The notes beneath the pieces are model-generated. The model worked only from the letters and a program-made list of their open reading frames with translations. It was not told the DNA's origin and made no database searches. Source: Candidatus Saccharimonadota bacterium (GTDB lineage Archaea > Micrarchaeota > Micrarchaeia > Micrarchaeales > Micrarchaeaceae). Taken from it: 32,000 bases of DNA. The DNA lies in NCBI GenBank assembly GCA_963705375.1, contig OY970071.1, positions 360,001 through 392,000 on the forward strand. Reading direction: 5' to 3'. Below are positions 15,583 through 23,475 of the stretch, piece by piece (position 1 is the stretch's first letter; each line of letters opens with the position of its first letter). Position numbers and translations under genes: made by a program.

Positions 15583-15695
15583 GTGCTTAAGGCACGAGCG
15601 TGCAGATGCTATATGTGTGGATGACACTTTGCAAGGAAAAGGCAGATCATCGCAAGATATATAATCTGTCATATTGATAGTTAACTGGTGCTGCA

Positions 15696-16187
15696 TTGAG
15701 CGCGACTGATGGCGCAGAAAGCGCAAGGATGGCAAACCGGGAGGACCTTAGCCTTTTCGGACCGTTAGTGCTATGGATCTCCATACTGATCATCGGCACG
15801 GCACTCGCTGTTTCGTCAACATATATAGCACAATACAGCCTCAACATTGCAGCATACATGAAGAAGACAGCAGATTACCTACTCTACATGCCAGGAGGAA
15901 TTGTGCTGCCCCTTGTCGCATCGTTGTGGATCGGGATACGCGCAGGCAGGATCAGCAGGAAGCCCAAGGTCGTATTTTATGCGGCTCTCGTGAACGCGAT
16001 CTACGTGCTGATAATCTATCTCATAGCGATATCAGTGGCATACCTGGTGGTATGGTACGCCAACCCTGATGCGATCGCAAAAATAACGCTCAACTTATTC
16101 CTGCAATACCTAGTGGCGGCACCTGCAGCGATAATAATCATACTGGTGCCTCTGCTTTCGACGCTCTCGGCAATCCGGCGCGCTTAA
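15696..16187 (+). CDS. integral membrane protein (about 4 TM segments), unknown function
   Basis: Hydrophobic stretches: LVLWISILIIGTALAV, IVLPLVASLWIGI, AIYVLIIYLIAISVAYLVVW, AAPAAIIIILVPLL. The track start is TTG; an ATG at 15729 (MANRED...) is an alternative. Confidence 0.6.
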   Translation: MSATDGAESARMANREDLSLFGPLVLWISILIIGTALAVSSTYIAQYSLNIAAYMKKTADYLLYMPGGIVLPLVASLWIGIRAGRISRKPKVVFYAALVNAIYVLIIYLIAISVAYLVVWYANPDAIAKITLNLFLQYLVAAPAAIIIILVPLLSTLSAIRRA

Positions 16188-17360
16188 TCATTTTGCTGCG
16201 CTCACGATCCGTATAACGTCGTTGTCCTTCAGCACATATTCCCTGTCAAGATGCTTCTTCGTCCTTGCGTCTATCGCGTAGAGCATGTTCTTTGCAAGAT
16301 CGGTGTGTATCCTTCCTGCAAGCTCGATCGCAGTGGTGCCTTGCTTGACCAGCAGGGCGTCAGGCAGCACAAAACCAGCATGGTCGGCGTACTTGCGTTC
16401 GTCCTCGACAGGATACACCACTATGTTCTTGGCAGTCTCGAAGACAGCTTTGTCCAGCAGCGCCTGTATGTTTGTGCCGGTCCGTTGCAGGAAGCTTCGC
16501 ATGTAATTGAGGGCAGCAGCCTGCTCTTGAGGAATGCTTTCTTTCAGCACTTTGAAGTCTCTCGAACCGGGCGCATAGTCGACAAGACCCTGCTTTGCGG
16601 CACGCCTCAGCGCGAGCTCGATGGCCCCGGAGCAATCGATCACACTATCAGCACCGAACTCGGACCTCAGCTTTGAGACATTCGCCTCGGCCTCACGGGC
16701 ATCGGACTTGTTTGCAGCAACAACCATCGGCTTGCTGCTCTTCATCAGCTCTCGCACGAATTTCATCATGTCAGCTTCGCCCCAGACCTTGAAGCTTGAA
16801 GGCAGGAAGCCAGCATCGAGCGCAGCACCTATCTGGACCTTTGTAACGCTTAGACCTGTAAGCACCGTGGCGAGAGCATCAACGCTGTCATGGCTTTTCG
16901 CTATCGCACCCTCATGCCTTTTTATTATGGAGAGCAACCATTCTGCGATCTCGCTTGTGACCATGCCGATGTCTCCGGAAGGATCGTACTCAAGGCAATG
17001 GTTGCCTCCTGCATCGGTCTTTCCGCTGGCATCGACAACCACGATCAGCGCATCCGCGCTTGCCAGATCATTGAGGAACTGGTTGCCCATCCCTTTTCCA
17101 AGATGCGCACCTTCGACCAGGCCCGCAACATCAACAAGATTCACAGGTATGTGCCTGATGCCATTCACGCATGTCGAGTTCCTGGCGTTGCACTTGACAT
17201 TGAACTCGCCGTCAACGCACCTTTTCGTTGCGTATGCTATCCCAAAGTTCGGATTTATCGTTGTGAAAGGATAGTCCGCGATCTCTACATCGTTGAGAGT
17301 CATCGCTGAGAAAATGGTGCTCTTGCCCTTGTTGGGCGCCCCGACCAAACCGATAAGCAT
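16188..17360 (-). CDS. YchF/Obg-family GTPase with a C-terminal TGS domain
   Basis: P-loop GLVGAPNKGKST, G2 YPFTT, G3 DVAGL, G4 ANKSD. The C-terminus (VLKDNDVIRIV) is TGS-like. Confidence 0.8.
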   Translation of the reverse strand: MLIGLVGAPNKGKSTIFSAMTLNDVEIADYPFTTINPNFGIAYATKRCVDGEFNVKCNARNSTCVNGIRHIPVNLVDVAGLVEGAHLGKGMGNQFLNDLASADALIVVVDASGKTDAGGNHCLEYDPSGDIGMVTSEIAEWLLSIIKRHEGAIAKSHDSVDALATVLTGLSVTKVQIGAALDAGFLPSSFKVWGEADMMKFVRELMKSSKPMVVAANKSDAREAEANVSKLRSEFGADSVIDCSGAIELALRRAAKQGLVDYAPGSRDFKVLKESIPQEQAAALNYMRSFLQRTGTNIQALLDKAVFETAKNIVVYPVEDERKYADHAGFVLPDALLVKQGTTAIELAGRIHTDLAKNMLYAIDARTKKHLDREYVLKDNDVIRIVSAAK

Positions 17361-17576
17361 CGAATCACACTCTAATAATCAAACGCACGCCAGGACAGTA
17401 ACAGTAGTACCTGCCACAAAAGCGCCGCATGCGACTATGGATTGCACGTAGATTGTATTAGGAAAATAATAAATAGCAATGATGTGGTAGAGCAAGCGCT
17501 ATGGAAGGCCAGAGCGCTCGCAAGCCGGCACCATCGCAAGATGATCGCTTTGTTCATATGGTGTTAGAGAGTCACA

Positions 17577-20500
17577 TCATGGCGATAGCGATGCGTATTG
17601 GACAGTGGTTATGTCAGGGTAGCCCCCCATGCAGTAGATGTAGTTGTTCGCCGTGACGCAACTGCCAATGGATAGTCCAGCTGCAAGCGTATGGGTGCTT
17701 TGTACCCATGCGGATGTGCCGCCGCCGCTCAGGATCTGCGCGTATTGGACAACCGTGGTATCCTCAGTACCACCCATGCAGTAGATGAAGTTGTTCGCCG
17801 TTACGCAGCTACCTCCGTTGGCTCCAGATACAAGCGAATTGGTGGTTTGCCATGTAGAAGTTGGGCCGCCACCGCCTGGAATCGACGCGTATTGGACAGT
17901 GGTATCGCCTGAACCACCTCCGGCCATGCAGTAGATGTAGTTGTTTGCCGTGACGCATGAGGGGGCATACTTTGCAACAGCAAGCTGAGTGCTTTGCGAG
18001 GTCCATGAAGAAGTGGCACCTCCGCTGCTTGATGCGTATTGGACAACTGCGGGGCCAGTGACACCACCCATGCAGTAGATGTAGTTGTTCGCAGCTACGC
18101 AGCTAGGCTCTTCTTCCGAAACAGCAAGCTGATTGCCTTGGGAGGTCCAGCCAGAGGTATAGCCTCCACTGGTTGATGCGTATTGGACGAAAGGTTCGGA
18201 GCCCGAGGGATATCCTCCACCCATGCAGTAGATGTAGCCATTTTCTGTGGTGCAGCTATGCCACCATTCGCCTTGGGCAAGTTGATTGCCTTGGGAGGTC
18301 CACGGTGAGGTGGCACCGCCTGGAATGCCGATCGACGCCAATTGGACAACACGGAAATCAGTTTCACCACCCATGCAGTAGATGTAGTTGTCTAAGGTGA
18401 CGCAGCTATGCTCCTCAGTAGGATATACAAGCTGTGTATCTGAGCTTTGCGAGGTCCATGCAGAAGTGTCACCGACGCGTACGAAGGTTGCAGTCTCAGT
18501 AGCCGCGCTTGAGGGCATTGTGAACATAGACCAAGGATTAAATGGTGATGAAGAAGTGCCAGTCCAGTTCGAGAAGCCATATCCCGAACTCGCTGTCGCA
18601 GTGATAGTGATTGACACTCCGGACAAATAGTTTCCAACAGAACAACCAGCAGAGTGAGTTGGAGAAGCTATAACATTAGAGCCTCCTGTGCCGTATGAGA
18701 GTGAAAGAGGATAGCAGAGGGAGAATGTTGCACTCTCTGTCGCCGGACCTGAAGGCATAAGGACGGAAATTTGGTTTGAAGGTCCAGGTGGCATTGGCCA
18801 ATTACCTGCCCAAGCTGAGAAGCCATACCCTACATTCGCTGTTGCAGTAATTGAAATCATGCCCCCTGGAATATAGTTGCCGGTAGAGCATCCGATCGAA
18901 TTGTCAGGAGATGCCGAAACAGAACCACTGCCCGTATGGGAGAGTGTAAGAGCATAGCACTGGGTGAAGGTCGCTTGCTCGTTCATGCCGGGTACTTGCA
19001 TATAAAAGAGCCATGGATTTTCTGTAGATAGATATGTGCCCATCCAGCTGTAGAAGGCATATCCCGGACTTGCTATCGCATTGAAAGTGATAGGCGCCCC
19101 GTGCACATAGTTTCCAGTAGAACAACCAGGCGTGTTGGTTGGGGAAGCGCTGACAGAAGAGCCGCCTATGCTGTTATATGAGAGTGTAAGAGGGTAGCAT
19201 AGATCAAAGTTCGCTTGCTCGACAATATTGTCAGGTATGTTGAAGGTCCATGGATTGAGCGTGTTTGAAAAGGTGCCCGTCCAACCTGTGAATCCATATC
19301 CCGAACTTGAAGTGGCCGTAACGGTTATAGGAGTCCCGGCATAGAAGTTGTCAGCAGGGCATCCGACAGAATTGGTTGGATAAACGCTGACAAAAGCACC
19401 TCCTGTGCCGAATGAGAGGGATAGAGGCCAGCAAGTTCCGCCGCCGCCTCCGCCGCCTCCGCCGCCGCCTCCGCCGCTGCCTCCGGATCCTGTGCAAGTG
19501 TACCCTGCCTGGCACTCCACCACGGAACCAGAGCCGGTGTCTGCCCAGTAGACGTTGCCGCTGCTGTCGACAGCTATGCCCGCAGGTGCATTCTGCCCTG
19601 TGGCTATCGATGTGACCGTGCCGCTAGAATACTTCATCACGTTGCCGGAGCCAAGGTCAGTCCAATATATGTTGCCTCTGCTGTCCACCACTATTCCGAA
19701 AGCGCCAGTCTGTCCTGTCGCAAGGGTCCTCACTGTATTGGAACTTACAACATATTCCAGCACGTCAGCAGATGAGCTTCCAACGTTATCTAAGCTGCTC
19801 AGGTGAGTGTTTATCCAATAGACGTTGCCGCTGCTGTCGACCGCAATCAAAAGCGGGCCATCCGCTGTCGCTATTGTTCGATCAGAGCTGCCAGAATGCT
19901 CCCGGATTTCACTTGAACCAAAGTCAGTCCAGTAGACGTTGCCGTTGCGTGCAGCTATGCCGAGAGGCTCGCCCTCTCCATGCACAAGAACACTGGCCAC
20001 ACTACCAGGGTACACCATCACGTTGCCGTCTCCAGCGACAGTCCAGTAGACGTTGCCGTTGCCGAAAGTTATTCCAATAGGCGATGATAGTCCAGAAGCG
20101 ATATTAGTCGTCCCACCAGAAGAATGCTTCGCCACGTTACCAGAGGCCATATCGGTCCAGTAGACGTTGCCGCTGCCATCTACGGCTATAAAGGCCGGAT
20201 TGTCACCATTGAGATCGGTAGCAAGCGGCGTCACAGTATTCGTACTTTTGACATACTTCATCACATTAGCATTGTCTTGCGTGGACTCTGTCCAGTAGAC
20301 GTTTTCACTGCTGTCGACGGCTACTCCGAATGCGCTGTTCTGCCCTGAAGCCAATATTATCAAATTTTCGGATTGAGAGCCGCCACCACCGCCTCCGATT
20401 GTTGTGGTGCCGCCACCGCCTCCGCCACTTCCAGAACCAAAGGCAGCGACCCTGGCATTCACCGACGCGATCTGCGCAACAAGACCGGTTTGGCCGTTCT

Positions 20501-20966
20501 GCGAGTACTTCATCCATAATGTTCCGGCGAAAGGCGTGCCCAGCGCATTAGAGGATAAAGGGCATGGGAAGTCGACATTCTGCTGCGAGCCCGCGCCTAG
20601 CGCAATCCCGTTTGCTATAGTAGTATAACTTGAACTTGGAGGGGCAGCAGAGTCGCTTGAACATGCGATACCCGTAACGTTAACCGCTTGTGAAGAGCCC
20701 AAGGTTACTGCCAGCACGCCGTTTGATATCAGGACTGGATTGGTGCACAGGTATCCGATCTGTGTTACACAAGAGGTGCTTGAGGCTGCGCCAGTGCGAA
20801 AGACGCCCAAGCTGAACAGTGCGGCAAGCACGACAGCGATGATGAGAATCGCCCATCCGTACGTCATTAAATATTCCATAGCGGACTGCGCAGCATGAAC
20901 TCGTTTATGTCCTTTTTTACTTCTGTTAGAAATAGTAATGCAAACACCACACACAAGCATGCACAC
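17577..20966 (-). CDS. giant class III signal peptide (pilin-like) surface protein: pilin module, 7-blade YWTD/NHL-type propeller, 4 InlB-B-repeat-like units, 6-blade Kelch-like propeller
   Basis: ...KRVHAA|QSAMEYLMTYGWAILIIAVVLAALFSLGVF, followed by the shared ~150-aa module and a Gly linker. Then 7 x ~40-aa repeats ending GN(V/I)YW(T/A/I)(D/E/V/N), a 13-Gly tract, 4 x ~80-aa C(Y/W)(P/A)L(S/T)LS...GC...GY(G/A)F..W.G..(N)PW units, and 6 x ~49-aa N(Y/F)IYCM(G/A)G...VQYA...W units. The exact start codon is uncertain. Confidence 0.85.
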   Translation of the reverse strand: MCMLVCGVCITISNRSKKGHKRVHAAQSAMEYLMTYGWAILIIAVVLAALFSLGVFRTGAASSTSCVTQIGYLCTNPVLISNGVLAVTLGSSQAVNVTGIACSSDSAAPPSSSYTTIANGIALGAGSQQNVDFPCPLSSNALGTPFAGTLWMKYSQNGQTGLVAQIASVNARVAAFGSGSGGGGGGTTTIGGGGGGSQSENLIILASGQNSAFGVAVDSSENVYWTESTQDNANVMKYVKSTNTVTPLATDLNGDNPAFIAVDGSGNVYWTDMASGNVAKHSSGGTTNIASGLSSPIGITFGNGNVYWTVAGDGNVMVYPGSVASVLVHGEGEPLGIAARNGNVYWTDFGSSEIREHSGSSDRTIATADGPLLIAVDSSGNVYWINTHLSSLDNVGSSSADVLEYVVSSNTVRTLATGQTGAFGIVVDSRGNIYWTDLGSGNVMKYSSGTVTSIATGQNAPAGIAVDSSGNVYWADTGSGSVVECQAGYTCTGSGGSGGGGGGGGGGGGGTCWPLSLSFGTGGAFVSVYPTNSVGCPADNFYAGTPITVTATSSSGYGFTGWTGTFSNTLNPWTFNIPDNIVEQANFDLCYPLTLSYNSIGGSSVSASPTNTPGCSTGNYVHGAPITFNAIASPGYAFYSWMGTYLSTENPWLFYMQVPGMNEQATFTQCYALTLSHTGSGSVSASPDNSIGCSTGNYIPGGMISITATANVGYGFSAWAGNWPMPPGPSNQISVLMPSGPATESATFSLCYPLSLSYGTGGSNVIASPTHSAGCSVGNYLSGVSITITATASSGYGFSNWTGTSSSPFNPWSMFTMPSSAATETATFVRVGDTSAWTSQSSDTQLVYPTEEHSCVTLDNYIYCMGGETDFRVVQLASIGIPGGATSPWTSQGNQLAQGEWWHSCTTENGYIYCMGGGYPSGSEPFVQYASTSGGYTSGWTSQGNQLAVSEEEPSCVAANNYIYCMGGVTGPAVVQYASSSGGATSSWTSQSTQLAVAKYAPSCVTANNYIYCMAGGGSGDTTVQYASIPGGGGPTSTWQTTNSLVSGANGGSCVTANNFIYCMGGTEDTTVVQYAQILSGGGTSAWVQSTHTLAAGLSIGSCVTANNYIYCMGGYPDITTVQYASLSP

Positions 20967-21081
20967 GCAATATTTAAATTAGTTTACTCAATGCGAAAGA
21001 AGACCAAGCCTTATGTTCAAAAAGATGAGTGTAGGGATCTGATTTCTGAGCACGCTTGCACTATATTGGGCATTGAGCCAG

Positions 21082-22134
21082 TTACGCGCACCCCTTCCTA
21101 CTCCAGACAAAATAGAAGGGGTCGTGTATAATGTAATCCACCACATAGTATAAGTTTTTTGGAATGTGCATGAGTGTTCTTGGCGCGCCGCCCATCTGCT
21201 CTTTCATCTTTTTGCCGTCTACCCTTTGTATTGTGTGGATAACGGTTCGGGCCTGCCGCATCATGCCGTGCAGCTTGCCTACCTTAAAGCTTTCGACCCA
21301 TTCCAGGCCGTTCTGGACAGCAAGCTTTCTCCATTGTCCTGCTTTCGACCCCATCCCATTCTCAACGAAAATGACCGATCCGTTATCGTTAAGGAATTTT
21401 TTAACCATCCTGTAGAAATCCTTGTGTATGCTCCAGTCCGGGTCAAATATGCGCATATCCCCACCCCATTCCGACACGGAGCCTCCAAAGTGCGGAGGGT
21501 TGCTTACTACGAGATCCCACCGTTCGGTACTCGGAACCTTTTTCAATCCGTCACTCAGATAGACACTAACCTTGTCTTCGAGGCCATTTTCCCTAATCGT
21601 CTTTCTTACAAACTTTATCGCTTCTGGATTTATGTCGATTAGAGAGAGTGAGTCGCAAAGGCCGTTGGCAAGAAGAGAGAACCCGATGAATCCGGGGCCG
21701 GAGCCGAACTCGCAGACTTTTCCCACCTTACCAAGTTTTTCCCGTACTATGGGTATGAAGTCCTGACCGAAGTCCCTACCCCCACCGTCAAGGCGAGGCA
21801 GATAACTGACCGCTATGCCGGCATACCTCACTTTGGATGTCTTTTCGCCGTCTTTATATTGAGTTATGAACTTGTAGTCCTTACGTATCGCCCTGGGATT
21901 CAGAAATGGATTATCGTTTATGCAAAGCACCGTTTTAGTACATATCTTATCGGGATTATCTGGGTAAATATAAAATTCTGATGGGTCTAGAGTGCCCTGT
22001 GCGCATTTTCTGCTTTCTGAGCCACCATAGCGAACCTTAGGGCACCGTAAGGCAGTTTCATCGCCCAAGCAGACTAAAGATGCTATAAATTCGGAAGGTA
22101 TAAAACCATAGGGCACTAAAAGATTAGCGAACAT
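21082..22134 (-). CDS. class I SAM-dependent methyltransferase (NPPH motif; N6-adenine / N5-glutamine type)
   Basis: Motif I CEFGSGPGFIGFSLL and motif IV DLVVSNPPHF. I moved the start to the ATG at 22134 (MFANLL...) because the track start at 22161 would overlap tRNA-Leu. Confidence 0.7.
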   Translation of the reverse strand: MFANLLVPYGFIPSEFIASLVCLGDETALRCPKVRYGGSESRKCAQGTLDPSEFYIYPDNPDKICTKTVLCINDNPFLNPRAIRKDYKFITQYKDGEKTSKVRYAGIAVSYLPRLDGGGRDFGQDFIPIVREKLGKVGKVCEFGSGPGFIGFSLLANGLCDSLSLIDINPEAIKFVRKTIRENGLEDKVSVYLSDGLKKVPSTERWDLVVSNPPHFGGSVSEWGGDMRIFDPDWSIHKDFYRMVKKFLNDNGSVIFVENGMGSKAGQWRKLAVQNGLEWVESFKVGKLHGMMRQARTVIHTIQRVDGKKMKEQMGGAPRTLMHIPKNLYYVVDYIIHDPFYFVWSRKGCA

Positions 22135-22137
22135 TGT

Positions 22138-22222
22138 GCAGGGATAGCAAAGCCTGGTCAAATGCGGCAGGTTCAGGGCCTGCTCCCTTAGGGGTTCGAG
22201 AGTTCAAATCTCTCTCCCTGCA
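22138..22222 (+). tRNA. tRNA-Leu (anticodon CAG), class II with a long variable arm, 85 nt
   Basis: GCAGGGA TA GCA AAGCCTGGTCAAA TGC G GCAGG TTCAGGG CCTGC TCCCTTAGGGGTTC GAGAG TTCAAAT CTCTC TCCCTGC A. The T-loop is canonical. No CCA is encoded. Confidence 0.9.
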
Positions 22223-22309
22223 TTTCAGGAATATCTTAAACATTCTAAACTTGTGCTCGTCGAGGCGTAGGGCATGCGCAGGTGTTTCGTGCGCGGCGAT
22301 TACTTCGAT

Positions 22310-22825
22310 TCACTCACTGCTTTCTCCAGAGCCTCTGATATTTTTAATCTTTAATGTCAACACATTCATACCCTTTAACACGCGTATTTGTGCATCCTGC
22401 GCAGTCTTTAACGCATCTCTCATAGAATCCAGGTCGTCCAAGTTGACACCCGCAATATCCTTAATTTGACTCAAGATTTCATTTTCATGTTTAAGTTTTT
22501 GACGCGCTTTGTCGAATTCTTCACGAAAGCCTGCTCTCCTAAACTCCTTGAGGACATCCAACTCATCTTGGGATTTTTTAGAGTTCAGAGTCCCATTTTT
22601 CCGTGCTTCTTTCAAATCAGCTACAACTGCTTCTCGTGCATCCAGTGCACGTTCTATGATACGCTGCGCCATGCCATTTATAGTATTTTGCGTTTTTGAT
22701 AGTTCAGCCCACATCAATTGATTCTGCGTTTCTATTGCGCGATGCTCACGAGGAGGACTAGCAAGAATATCAAAAGCCTGATTGATTCTCTGCATTGATT
22801 CTTGTTCCATCGACTTAGACGACAT
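22310..22825 (-). CDS. hypothetical coiled-coil protein
   Basis: 171 aa, highly charged (E/K/R/Q/D-rich) with heptad-like character. No enzymatic motif. Confidence 0.5.
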   Translation of the reverse strand: MSSKSMEQESMQRINQAFDILASPPREHRAIETQNQLMWAELSKTQNTINGMAQRIIERALDAREAVVADLKEARKNGTLNSKKSQDELDVLKEFRRAGFREEFDKARQKLKHENEILSQIKDIAGVNLDDLDSMRDALKTAQDAQIRVLKGMNVLTLKIKNIRGSGESSE

Positions 22826-22976
22826 ACGATCACGAATGTTGTATAGGAAAGGAGGTATTTATTCATTTCTTTTGTACAGATGACAGAGCAAACAGAAAAG
22901 GCGTATCCCAGAAGTGCAGGAAAAAAGATAGACACAGACCTTTAGAGTTATAAATCCTGGATGGGATAAGCACATC

Positions 22977-23338
22977 ATGAAAACCAGCGGAAACACAATA
23001 CTAATAACAGGAGGTGCGACAGGAATAGGATTCGCCCTTGCCGAGAGGTTCGTCAAGCTTGGGAACAAGGTAATCGTATGCGGAAGGAGGGAGAACAAGC
23101 TTGCGGAAGCATCAGAGAAACTGCCAGGAATATGCACGATCAGGTGCGACATATCGAATGAAGCGGACAGGGAGTCGTTGGCAAAAAGGATCGCGATTTC
23201 AAAGAGCTGAACGTATTGATAAACAATGCAGGGATACAGCGCAGAATAGACCTGAAGGCAGGGATCGAGGAGTTTATTAAGAATGATCAGAATGAGATTG
23301 ACATAAATCTGAAGTCGCAGATCATCATACGCCGTTGA
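22977..23338 (+). pseudogene. short-chain dehydrogenase/reductase (DltE-like SDR) fragment, frameshifted and 3'-truncated
   Basis: Frame 1: MKTSGNTILITGGATGIGFALAERFVKLGNKVIVCGRR... (TGxxxGIG Rossmann motif), with a stop at 23208-23210. The sequence continues in another frame as ELNVLINNAGIQRRIDL...EIDINL (NNAG motif) and ends at 23338. The catalytic YxxxK region is absent. Confidence 0.75.
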
Positions 23339-23468
23339 TGCGCTCAGGACCGTGATACTGAAAACGCCGACTGGCTTCGGGCTATGGAAGGATTTCGTAG
23401 TGGTAACCGCGTTTGCGCTCATCATGGTTGCGATAGGAACGCAGGCACTGAAGAGAATGCAGGTCTGA
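23331..23468 (+). pseudogene. orphan C-terminal fragment (~45 aa) resembling the last TM segment of an ABC-2-type permease
   Basis: Own translation: AVDALRTVILKTPTGFGLWKDFVVVTAFALIMVAIGTQALKRMQV*. It has no start codon and no upstream coding body, and it abuts the SDR fragment. Confidence 0.4.
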
Positions 23469-23475
23469 CCAGATA

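Noticed and set aside
16621-17274. 217-aa plus-strand ORF, plus other ORFs, inside the GTPase gene
   Set aside because: They are antisense to a gene with complete G1-G4 motifs, and their composition is low-complexity S/A/P/T.
19412-19500. GC-rich ccgccgcc tandem repeat considered as a CRISPR-like or non-coding microsatellite
   Set aside because: It lies in frame inside the giant ORF and simply encodes the poly-Gly linker. There is no spacer-repeat periodicity.
13603-20966. Diversity-generating retroelement targeting the adhesin genes
   Set aside because: There is no reverse-transcriptase ORF in the window, and I noticed no non-coding template-like copy of the adhesin variable regions.
22135-22161. 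Longer start (22161) for the methyltransferase
   Set aside because: It would overlap the first 24 nt of tRNA-Leu on the opposite strand. An ATG at 22134 gives a clean 3-nt spacer.
22859-23425. 188-aa minus-strand ORF
   Set aside because: It lies antisense to the SDR and permease fragments, which have recognisable family motifs. Its own sequence has none.
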